Source of the DNA: Camelus dromedarius | Lineage: Eukaryota | Length of the DNA: 64,000 nt | Assembly (NCBI RefSeq): GCF_036321535.1 | Contig: NC_087443.1 | Coordinates: 79,360,001-79,424,000, forward strand | Direction of reading: 5' to 3' | Shown here: piece by piece, positions 34,461 through 46,600 of the stretch | How the letters are laid out: every line of letters begins with the position of its first letter | Numbering within the stretch: the stretch's first letter is position 1 | Position numbers and translations under genes: made by a program | The notes under the pieces: model-generated | Seen by the model: only the letters and a program-made list of their open reading frames with translations | The model's database searches: none | Told to the model about the DNA's origin: nothing

Positions 34461-37400
34461 GGAAACTTTTAGCCATTTATTCATTTAAAGATTATGCAAA
34501 TTATTTTGGTAAAAATAATATTATAAGAAATATGGAGAATTTTTTGGCAGCCTCCATAAGAAAGTCATAAAGATGATGAAATGAACTGGAAAGTAAAGCA
34601 GAGGAGTCAGGCTATAATTTAGTTTAAAAGTTATATTAATAAAATGTTTAATATAATACTCTGCCTTTCATGTATAAAATTGTGCTTCCTGACTATCAGC
34701 ATATGCACCTATTGAATTGCTTTTCCAATTTATTCGTGGGTAAATATATGTTCCATGCACTAACCCAGCTGAGGATGTAGTACTGGGCAGATTCTTTGCA
34801 TTCACAGTTGTCTTATCCCACTACCTTCTCACATCAGCTCACAGTCCGATATATTCCTACCCACATTTTATGCAGAGAAAACGGATCCCGGGGAAGTTAA
34901 GGAATTTCTGTGGAATTAAATCCCAGGGCTCTCAAGATATTCTCAACCCGTGAGGAAAAATGAACAAAGGCTTAACCCATTACCGAGAGCTCTTAGGTTA
35001 CAAATAGGGAAAACTGCCCATTGGCAAGGGCTATTGAACACCATTTCAAATCGTGCAGGGTGAAACTGCTGGAAAATGAAATGGCTCACACGGAAAAACA
35101 CGTGGAGGGGAAAGAAAAAGAAAATATAAGAGAAGAAGCAAGAATGAAAAGAATTGAGTCTCATGCATTGGTGACAACAGGATGTAACTAACTTAGCATT
35201 GTTTTGTTTACTTTTGTCTGGAGGGTAGGAAAATAATTGCAATTTTGTACAATGTGCAAACATATTTTATAATTTTTTAGAAACCCTATGACATTTTTCT
35301 ATTTGGGAGTCAAAAAGAAAGGACAGAATGTTTCTTCTCTCCTTTGAAGCAGGCTGGAATACCACATTTTTCCTCAACATGATACAGAAACATTTTAATG
35401 TGGAAGTATAAGGACCCCAAGGGTACAGGAAACATCTGGCCAGCTGAGCAATGGCTCCTCCTGGATGCTCTGCATCCAAGCCCTGGGGGTGGGACCCAGC
35501 CCCTAGCAGGTAGCATGAATGAGTGTACACCTCTCTGGGCTAAGCAATGCTGAAGTGGTAGAGATGTCTGCTTAGACGCCTGTGGGGTAGTTCAGACTGT
35601 TTCTTCTTGAAGGAACAACAGCAGAACAAAGCTCTTCTTAGTGCCCAGAGGCTGTGCCTCACCTCTCAAGCCCTGACTCACAGCAGCTGGTTAACCAAGA
35701 AGATGAAGATCTCCACGCTGGAACTCTCCTCGGTCCACAGGCTGGCCGGCCTGGAGGCGGCAGGCCTTCTGGGATGCAAGCTCAGATCGTCCTCTCCATC
35801 AGAAGTTCCAACCTGTAAGTCACTAGCTAAACTTTGCCTGCTGATGTGTTTTGTTTGACTTCACCAAATTTCATAATCAAATTAGTCACCGACAATTTAA
35901 AATTTAGAATTTCACACAAACACACTGTTTTCTGGCTTCTTTTGGAAAGCAGAGACAGCTGATACCCTGGGCCTGCTAACTTACGGGCATGGGAGGCTGG
36001 AGCTGGGTAGTAGCTGTCCCCTTTGGATGGGCCTCACACCTCACCACTCCCTATTGCCTCCCCAGCATTGAGAGTAACAATTGCCTTATGTTGACCCAAT
36101 TCATTCCTTTACTTTATGTGCCTGATTCCATTAGGCATCGGAGTATGCAACCCCTATGCCTCCAGAGGGCCTTGCTACATCCAGTCCCCCCACCTTGTAG
36201 AAGGTCCTGTTGAACAAAGTTAGTATAGGATCAAAAGGGCAGACTTGCTATGGAAACTTGAAGCTCTTCCCCATGCAGGGACTCGATTTTCTCATCCACA
36301 AAATGGGGTAGAAGCCCTACACTCCAAAGATACTCTCCAAAGCCCTTCCCAATTCCTATAAAACGGGAATTCGAAAATTGCACCTTTTGAGGAGTGATGG
36401 AAATGTTAGCTATTTTGATTGTGGTAGTACTTTCATTGGTGTATACATCTATCAAAATTCATTAAAAACAAATAAAGCATTCAATGGACTAAACCACTTC
36501 ACAGTTCCCCTTGTTCCCACACATCAACCCTGCTAAAATTCAGGTGCATTACAATTGGATTTCTTCTCCTGTCTCCTGTGTTTCACATTTGTTGAAATCT
36601 TTTAATTACTTGAAAGCTGGCCTAAGTTGTCAGGGACAGAACACTGCTTGTGAACACAACCAGGAACCCTTCTTAAGCTTAATCACCATCCACTGGACAG
36701 GAGGCTGCCATATGCACAAAGAAGTCCTTCAACCTGTCAGGAAGCTCTCTTGCAGGACTGGCTTGTCTTATTAAGCCCCCTTATTCAATGGGACTGAAAA
36801 TTGAGCTTCCTTTTTCTGTCTCGGAATTCATTTTCTGTACTCAGGTTTGAGGCAGCTTGCCGTGAGAGAAGTGGAGTCTGAAAGTCCTTCCCTATGAGTT
36901 CCTGCCTCCAGCACTTCCATCCTTCACTAAGGTAGTCCGTCCACCAAGAGCCCTTACATGATACCCATGACCCTGGCTCGCATTCGAGACACCGCGGGAG
37001 GCAGGAAGAAGGTCGAAGCCGTCGCTCTTGCGCTGTGCTTGGGGGAGGCTGCTAGTGAGGGGGAGTTTCCGTGGAACATCACAAATGTATTCTGCTTCAC
37101 GTAAAAACATTTTTCTGGCAAGTAATGTCCTTGACTTTTTTCCCTTGAAAAAATGCCCAAGAGGACAGTACATCTTGCAGCTTGCCACTAGTTCTGCAGC
37201 ATGTGGTAAAATACGAGCTAAAAGGTGTAATTCCAGAGTCCACAGCAGAAGAGATAGCCTTCCTCTGGAATGGATTTATCTGGTGATAGCCCAGCTCAAG
37301 CCCGTTTTAAATGACTGTCAGACATAGTTCTGACAAGGAATCGAAAATGATTAAATGTGGCATCATATGAAAACATGTTTATTTTCAACACTAAAAAAAA

Positions 37401-38749
37401 AAATCTAATGAGATGAGTGGAAATCTAGCTTTTGAATTTCTATTTACCTAGTGTTGCATTTTAGAGTGACGATATACAGAAAAAAACAAAAACAAAACAA
37501 AGACAAATTGTTCTCTGTAGCCAAGAATCACTTTCTAAATAATAGCAGGCAAGGCAATTGTTATCAAGCACAGAAAATAAGAAAGCTTCTAAATAGTGAC
37601 TTCAACTCATGTAATCTATTAGGTCAATTTTTTTTCCCGAAAATATTTTTTCTTGAAAAAAAAAAGTGTCTAAACTACTTTGTGGCTCCCTTGCAAATAA
37701 AAATGCTTGCAGCATAAATTCTATCTACTGAAGTTATCAGTACCATTTGGGCTAAAAATGATTTATTTTTCTTGTGCCTCGCTGGATTATCAGGATAAGG
37801 ACTACATGGTTGCTTCTGGGAAAAAAAAAAAAAAGCCTCCAAAAGCAGTGCAAACCTTTAGCCTGACACTTTAGTTATATCATAAAAGAACAACTATCCC
37901 AGCATCCTTTCATTTGAAGAAAAAGCCAAATTGAACACAGGCCCTGAGTTGAGTGAAATTGAATCCAAGACAATTCTCTCCTGTCCTGCTAATTTTATTC
38001 CGTGGTTACTTGATAAAAATTAGAGTCAGCTCTCAGCAGGGGAGCTCTGTGTTAAACAGCCAATCCAGTGAGTCAGTGGGAAATGATCCCGCTTGGAGAT
38101 TCGTCAGTCAGAAGAACAGATTGGACGAGATTATCGCTAATGTCACTTCGAGCTCTGAGGCTCCTTGACTCTGACTAGTTCCCTGAAGTCCTCACAGTCT
38201 GAAAAGAATTAATCTTCCCTGATCCTGGAAGTCATTTCCTGAGCCTTTCCCTAATTGTACCATCCCCAGTATTCGTGCTTCTCTAAATTGAGAAATCTTA
38301 CCTTTAACATACTTGAGTTGCTCATTTCCTCCCTTTTAAGCAGTGACCTTGGCTGAGGTTCATGGTTTCCCAGAGGAGTAGATTAGAAAACCTGAAACCT
38401 AGATGAATCGTATTTTTAATGCTGTGTCGTTTCACCACTTTGTGAAGAGTAGTAAAGTTGAAAGCGATTCTTTACCCCGTTGGGCCCAGAGTGAGAGTCT
38501 TGTGTGCAGACTCTCGTGGGAAACTGGGGAGGCGTCTGTGACAGGAACCGCCAGGTGGTCTGGACACTTCTTCAGTCACCCACACTGTGAGCTGATTAGG
38601 AAAGGGTCATGGTCATGGCCTTGCTGAGCCTTCTGGAGACCATGTCTGGACATCTTGTGGACGTCCATCACGTCAGAGAACAGAATCGTCTCTCAAGTCC
38701 AACAAGTAAGATTGTTTTGGAGACTGTGGGTTCTGGACCCCGCCAGCCC

Positions 38750-38890
38750 GGCCACTTATTCTCTGGGTGCCCTGGAGCAAGTCCTCCCACTCCACTTAGC
38801 TTGTGACTTCACCACAAAATGGCCATAACAACATCACCGACATCCTGTTGGGTTACTGTACAGATTAAATGAGGAAGCACATGTGAACGA
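38750..38890 (+). mobile_element. MIR SINE
   Basis: ctgggtgccctggagcaagtc...aaaatggccataacaaca...ttactgtacagattaaatgagg. Confidence 0.55.
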
Positions 38891-39439
38891 ATCACATGCG
38901 TGTTCCTCTGCACGTGGTAAGCCCCTGCGTATTTCAGGTTATCAGAATGTATCACTCACTAACCTTAGAGGAACAAGGTCTTTGAAACCCCCTTTAAAGG
39001 GCCTGGTTCCTTCTCCAGTCCTGAAAGAAAGTCCAAGGAGAACTCCCAGCCTCGTCAACCTAATGTCAACAGCACCTTGAGGATCCTTATATATAATGTA
39101 AGAGGCCTTTCAAGAGGGCAGTTTGTTAGTCACATTTTAGGTCTAAGAATAACATTAATAATTATTCATGGTGGATAAAGGTAATCAGGAAACACACTGA
39201 TTGCTAGTGCTCTCGGAAAGGACACATCAAGGCCGTGACACGAATCACGTTACCTTGCTCGGAGTCAAGCACTAGGAACCGCTACCTTGATAAGAGAATG
39301 GGGCTGAATGTTTGGAATCCGCAGGGAGGGTGATGTCAAGAGATCTGCTTTTGTCCACACTCAGACTACCCTTTCGTGACACTGAGTCTTGGGCCATTCT
39401 TAAAACCCGATTTTTCTAAGAGGTCTACCTCCTCTGCCT

Positions 39440-39960
39440 CATGCATTCATCCATCCGTATGTGCAATCACTCATTCACTTATTCATTCATTCACTCAGTA
39501 CTTGCCAGGCCTCTACCCACTGCCAGGGCCTCCACTAAGTGTTGGAAATACAATGGAAAACAAAGCCTACTTGATCCCTGCCCTGGAGAGGAGAATATAC
39601 CTTCATAAGACTCCTATTACAAATCATAATCACACAAATAAAAATACAGTCACATTTCATGATAAAGATTACCAAGAAAGAGGACAAGTTACTCTGAGGA
39701 TAGCAGGGGGGCCTAGCTTCTGAAGGGGATCAGGGAAGGCTGCTTTGAGGAGTGACTTTTAAATTGAGATCTGAAAAAAAGAGTAGGACCGGGCAGGTAA
39801 ATCCTGGGGGAAGAACATTCCAAGCAGATAAACTTCACAGGCAGAAGACCTGGTGGGGTTTCTTTAAGGAGGTGGAAGATTGGCAATATGTCTGGGGCTT
39901 AGTAAGGGAGCAAGACAATCAGGTAGGGCCTTTAGGATATGACGTGGATTTGTGGTTGTG
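39440..39960 (-). mobile_element. L2 LINE 3' end, antisense
   Basis: cattcatt repeats, then gtacttgccaggc...ttggaaatacaatgg...cagggaaggctgctttgaggagtgacttttaaattgagatctgaa. Confidence 0.7.
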
Positions 39961-39974
39961 TCTTAAGTGCAAAT

Positions 39975-40500
39975 AGAAATGAAAATCTATGTCCACACAA
40001 AAACTTGTACATGAATGTTTATAGCTGCATTATTCAGAGCAGCCGAAAGATGGAAGCAAACGTAACTAAGTTCCATTAACTGACGAATGGTTGTAAAGTG
40101 CAGTCTCTTCATACAATGAAATATTACCCTGCAATGAAATGGGATGAAGTACTGATCCACACTAGAGCCGGGGTGAACCTTGAAAACAGTGCTAAGTGTG
40201 AGAAGCCAGCCACCAACGGCCACACGTTTTGATTCCATTTACGCTCTGTCCAGATTAGGCGAACACAGAGAGATACAAAGTCGGCTAGTGGTTATTCAGG
40301 TCAGAGCATGGAGTTGGGGTCTGAGGGGTGATCGCTAAAGGGTACGGGCTTTCTTTTGAGAGAGATAAAAATGTTCTAAAATTGAGCATAGCAATGTTTG
40401 CACAACTCTGCATATACTAAAAACAGTTGAGTTGTACACTTTAAATGAGTGAGTTACATGTGACTAATATCTCAATAAATCTGCTACTTGGAAAAAAAAA
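39975..40500 (+). mobile_element. L1MB-type 3' end
   Basis: gaaatgaaaatctatgtccacacaaaaacttgtacatgaatgtttatagc...aaatgttctaaaattg...tgtacactttaaatg...atctcaataaa. Confidence 0.85.
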
Positions 40501-41059
40501 GGCTATTAAGGTAAATGCCTCCAGGCATTTTCACTTAAAGAGAAAAACAACAAAAAACTCAGTAATGATGTATCAGCAAAAGTCACATTTTGACTTTCTC
40601 TTCTCTTAGTTAAGAAGGAGACTTTAAATATTTAGCTCCCGCTCTCACAGCTACCGAGCGCCTGGAGCACGTGGGATTCAAACGTCAGAGCTGTCCAGTG
40701 CTGAAGCTGGGATTCTAGGTCAAAGTCATACCACCCTCCAGGGTTTTGTGGCTTCCTCCAGGGGCTGTGTGTGCAGTTGGGTAGTTTGTACGGAAGATGA
40801 TTTTGCCCAATCAAGGGGCCCAGGGAAGGCTAAGTCCCGCCCAAACTCTGCTCATCAGCCCGGACGTGCCCGGAAGAGGAAGGCGCCTTCTTCCTTGTTC
40901 GGGCTTCATTCACTCACGACGGCACGTGTTCAGAGACTGGCCAGGATCTAGCATCCCTTCTGCTTTGTTGTCATATAAGCACAGCTAACTATGTTATAAA
41001 CCACACGATAGAGTGGCGCCATTTTTGTTTTAATCAATCATATGCTGTAAAGACGTTGA

Positions 41060-43600
41060 GAAGAAAAACATATGTTTTTTTAAAAAAAATTTACCCCCAT
41101 ATTTACTATTTCCGGTACTCTCCATTCCTTTTTATAGACCTAGTTTTCCATGTGATATCATTTCCCTTAAACCTGAAGAATTTCCCTTAACTTCTCTTTT
41201 ATTGCAGTTTTAATGGTGAAAAATTCTCTCAATTTTCTTGTATCTGAATACGTCTTGATTTTGTTTTCCGTTTTGAAGAACATTTTCACTGGACACAGAC
41301 TCCTGGACTGACAGTGCATCTTTCTTTTGGTGCTTTCAGAGCATCATCCATGATCTTTCGGTGTCTGTTGATGCTGATGAAAAGTCAGCTGTTACTTCTG
41401 TTGCTGTTCTTTGTGTCCAATGTGTCTTTTTTCTCTGACTACTTTAAGATTGTCCCCTTATATGTGGTTTACCACAATTTAACTATGATGCACTTAGATG
41501 ATTTTTGTTCTTTTTATGTGTGGTGCTGGCATTTGCTAATCTTCTTGGATCTACAGGTTTAAGATATTACCAATCTAGAAAATGTTACCCTTATTTCTTC
41601 AAATATATTTTTGCTCCATTCTCTCTCCCATTTTTCTGGGACTCCAATTACATGTCAGTTAGATTACTTGATAGTGCTCCTAAGATCACTGAGGGTCTGT
41701 TAATATTTTTCTAATCTTTTTTCTCTTTATTCTTTATTTTGGATAATTTGTCTTCATTTATCTTCAGATTTAGTGATTTTTTTTCCTGCTGTCTCCAAGC
41801 TGTGTTAAGCCTATTCTGTGAATTTTATATTTCATATATTATTATTATTTTAAGATCCAAAATTACCACTTTGTCCTTTTTTTAGTTTCCATCTCTCTCC
41901 CAAGATACTCTATCTGTTCATTCATATTGCCACATTTACCTTTAAGTCCTTGAATATATTTATAAAACTGCTTTAAAATTCTTACATACTAATTCCAACA
42001 TCTAGTTCCTGCAGAAGTGTCAGTTTATATTGCCTTTCTCTCCTCTTGGTTATGGGTCACATTTTCCTGTTCCTTCCTATTTCTAGCATTCTAAGATTAT
42101 ATGCTGAATAATATGGATGATACATTGTAGAGACCCCGGGTTTTGTTATGTTTCTCTGAAGATAATTTATTTTTTTCCCAGCATGCAAAAAACTTGAATA
42201 AATTAAACTCCACACTCTGTCCTGGGGTGGACAGATGCTAAAATTTCTACTCATTTCTTTCAATCTTCCATTTTTGCTTTCTGTCAGGTCCCTTAGAGTC
42301 TTCTCCCAGGCATATGCAGTTTAGAAGTCAGCAAGGATTGGAGTGGAGTTCATATTCAGATTTTGGGTCTCCTCCCTCTGCAGGTTCCTCTGTATTAGGA
42401 TATCCCCTCATAACTTTCCAGCAAATCTTGCAAGTCTGAATTCTATGCCTTGAATATTCAAGGCAGTAAATCCGTGGATTTCTGTTTCATTTCTAGCTAC
42501 CACATCCAGTGAAGACTGGTGAGTGCCTTCAAGCAAAAGGATGCATTAATGCAAATCTCACCCAATGCATTTCCTTCATGTCAACATTCAACTCTCTCCA
42601 CTCTCTGCTTTTTTTGGATCACTTTCTAGTATATTCAAATAATCATTTAAAAAATATTTTATAATTATCTTGTGTGGATTAGTCTAAAATAAGCTACCCC
42701 ATTATTGTAAGCAGACATCTTGGTTCATATTTTCTTAAATTTTAAAACATTAGAATAAAACTCTCTAAAAATTGCTGTCACAGTATATATTCTGACCAAC
42801 AGTAACTAGGGTTTCAGGTTTCACACTTAAGCTGGCACTTGGTACTGTCAAACTTTTAACAATCAGATAGATTTTTAAGTGCTATGTCATTATGTTTATT
42901 TAATTATGCATAAGATTTTCTAGGTTAATTAGTCAGGGACTTTCTTTGCCACGAACTTCATGTTTATTGCCTTTTCTTCATTTTCTATTGGGTTGTCTTT
43001 CTTTTATTTATTTTATGAGCTTTTTGTACATTAAGGAAATTAGCCCTTAATTTGCCATATGTGTCACAAATATTTCTTTCTAGTTTGTCATTTGTCTCTT
43101 GGCTTTACTTAAGTAATTAAATTCAATTTTCTTTTATGGCTTTGAGTTCCATGCCCTCCTTAAAAAGGATTTCCATATTGCAAGATTATATATAAATTCA
43201 TGTGTAGGGTTTTTTTTTTGTCTTTTATAGCTTTATAGCTTTATTTTATCTCATTTTATTTTATTTATGCTTTACTCTTTAATCTGTTTAGAATTGATTA
43301 TGATTCAAGAAGTAAATAGAAATCTCTCTTTATCTCTCTCTTATTTTCCTTTTAAAGACCAGTGTATAGTTTGGTTATAATTTTTAATAAATCACCTTTC
43401 TTTTCCCTATTTATTTGAAGTGCTTACTTATATCATATTATAAATTACCCTTTTGGTTTGATTCTTTTGTTAATCTGCTGTTCTGTTCCACTGTGTTGTC
43501 CATCTTTCTTTCAGCACCAAACTAGATTGATTAATCGGACTTCGTTGAACATGTTAACATGTATTAGGACTAGTCTGAAGGAGCAGTTGCTTCAACTGCA
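41060..43600 (-). mobile_element. Old L1 fragments, antisense (ORF1/5' region at 41060-42700; ORF2/3' region at 42700-43600)
   Basis: T-rich antisense L1M blocks: cattttcactggacacagactcctggactgacag, gatgaaaagtcagctg, ccaatctagaaaatgttacc, ttgtacattaaggaaattagccc. Confidence 0.75.
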
Positions 43601-46600
43601 TTATACTTTAATAGATCACTTCTGCGAACATTTTTCTCCATTTATTTACTCTAATTACGGCCATTAAGGGCATCTGGCTGCAGCACATGCCAGCTTCCTG
43701 ATGACAATGTTCTTGGGGTAACTCAAATTGTCCCCATCCTGGCCCATGCCCTTGGCTAAAGATATTCCTCTTAGCACATTCTGCTCAGTGAAAGATGCAG
43801 ATGTTTTTAGAGAGATGAGCACTGTTCTGAAGTGTTCAGGCAATTGCCCTCCCCTATAAATAATATGTTTCATCTCCCACGTCCACTTTCTAAAGTATGT
43901 CAAAATAAATGCATATGTTTTAAAAATAAGATCAATGAGATACATTTCAGTTGCAATAGCTTATCATTACCAAAAGTCAACTGAAAATAATTTAGTGTTA
44001 CAAGAATAAATTCATTAATTAAGTAAATGAATATGCAGATGCTTTCGAGACCAAACTAAAATGTGCTGGGAATGAGGATCAGAGAGTGAAAAACATTTTT
44101 AAAGGACCGTAGACTTAAAAACAATACTGAGTTTTGTATGCATTTAGGAGGCTTCATTTCATTCCATTTCATTCAAACATTCCAGGAGATGTTTGTTTGC
44201 TGACATCTATTGAGATGCAAAAGCAATCCTGCTACAGTATAACTAAACGGCTGGGAAAGACAGCTCAATTAGTTGTAAACATCCACAGAAATTTTATTTT
44301 TAAATGAAATTTACTTCTTGGTAGGATGAGTGAAAACATGAAAGTTAAAAGGAATTAGAGATCAAACAAAATAAACAGAAGCACAGATTGAAACCTGAGG
44401 AGGAGACGAGTCATCTTTCCTGCTGATGTTTAATATTTTTTGTTTACGTTCCAACCCAGCCCCAAGAGAAAGTAAATCAGGGTTTCAATAGCAGCAAAGA
44501 AAATGTAATAAACTCATCGGCAGATATTAAGAAACCAACCCACTCTTGCAAAGGAGACAGAGGACTGAGACACTATGAAATTAAGGAACTGAAATGCCAA
44601 GCAATAGACATAATTGTATTTAAAGTGTCTGTACACACATATGTTTATGTCCATGCGAATGTTCTATGCATATGCACGTGTTTATATACATACATGTGTG
44701 TTTATGAAGAAATGAGCGTGTCTTTTTAGTTTTACCTACTATTGTTTTTAAAAGTGGCACCTCATTTTATTTTACTTTGCACTAAAGGTATACTACCCAG
44801 CTTCTTAAAATACCACTCACCATAATTTTATCAGCGTGCTGATGCTACCAGAATATAACTGAAAGGCACAGAAGACATCTGATCGTGGTAGATAACACTT
44901 AAGTATAGATTTCCTTACCTTTTTAAAAAACGCTTACTCAGCAATGCAATTCAAAGTATTGACTCATCAACTTTGAAATACTAATACAGGAAGAAAATGC
45001 TTTTAGTCATTTTCTAAAACAATAGGACGCAAGTCCTTTGTAAACAGTAATTTAGACAAGGGTCTGTGGTGTTTGTTTATCTGGTCTTCGCAAAGAGAAT
45101 TCAAGGCCCCTGAAAGGTGTCAGGTATCAGCAGCAGCCCGCTCACCAGTATAAAATATGATGCTGAAGACGCTGAGAATTACCTGTTGAGTGGCCACCAG
45201 GTGAAGCCACTGGGTTGTATGCTACAAAGAATATGTCACCCGAGGGCCCCCATCATGAGGACACCTACGTGTGTGTGCACCACTCGGAGAGAAGAAGAAG
45301 GAATAGAAAAGACAAAGAGAAAATGAATGTCAGCTGACCATGGGAGGTGACTTGAGAGCCTCCTGGCTGCCAAAAAATGACCCCATCAAGAAACGGTCAC
45401 GCCCACTGGCTGACTTTGGGAAGTGAGAGTGGAGATAGAGCGGGAGAGTCACGGGACGGGAGAGCTCGCGCCACCGCCTGGAATTCTGAAACAGGCAATG
45501 TTCATCATTCCCCTGTGTGTTTTCAGGTTCTCTCCTTTAAAGCAAGACTCCCTTTGCCTTGAGTTCCCTCCAAAGTCAGACTGCTTTTCCTGCACACTAC
45601 TGTATTCTTCTTTCCCCATGTTTAGCTTTATTCATAAAACATGAAGAAAAACTGGCACCGAACAGAGTGATCTGTGTGCCGCTGCTGTGGGACCATATAA
45701 ATAATGAAGCATTTTCATTCTTTCCAGGGTCTTGTGTGATGAAGCTGAGTAATAATGAGACAGCAAACACCCTGGAACTTGAAGGGGATTCCAGAGTGTC
45801 CATTTCTACACCTGTCCTATTTTCAAAGACCATAGGGAAATAAATGCCACCTCTTTGCCCAGGAACTTGGGGCCAGCACAGAGCATCCTCGGGGACCACG
45901 GTCTCTGAGGCATCTGGCATCTGTTCTGTTCTGCTTCTGTGTGGGTGGCTCAGTCTTCCTGCCTGGTGAGTTCAAGCCTGATTGCCAGAGAATTCCAGCG
46001 GAGGTATAAGTTAGCGCTAATGTGAAGTTTTCATAGGATAAGGGCCAGCGGGGTGGAGTGGGATGGGAGGAGTGAGGGGGAGGATGTGTCAAATGAAGCC
46101 TGAAGTCATTGCATAGAAGCCACAGGATGAAAATGGCCAGGCCCATTAGCCGCCCAGCTGGACCTGCTTTGTGTCTGCTTAGCACCCACATCTCAGAAGT
46201 GCCTTTTCCGCCATGACATGACTTGGCTGTATATTTTAATCCCTGCCTTTGATTAAACATTGATCATAATGCATCACTTCATGATGTTTCATGAAATGAG
46301 AATTCTGCAGTTACCTCTGAAAAATTTTATGACCATCCTTTGCAGAGGAATCGATCATACGGTGGTTTACTAGCCCAGAAGACGGATGACTTGTGGTGCC
46401 ATAGCCCCAGCATCAGAGCTCAGACAGAGGCCGTGATTTAATGAAAATGCCTCTGGAATACTGCCAGCCACGCAGTGTCCTGCTTCTTCCAGAAAATAAA
46501 ACCTTGCTCACACCTGACTAAACTTTTTCTCCTTTAACGTTACACACGACTAGATCCCTGAGGTTCCTTTGGTTCCTAGAAGATATACATTTTGGATTCT

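Noticed and set aside
36845-36931. Plus-strand 87-bp segment with a strong acceptor
   Set aside because: Stops in all three frames and only a moderate donor (AAG|gtagtc).
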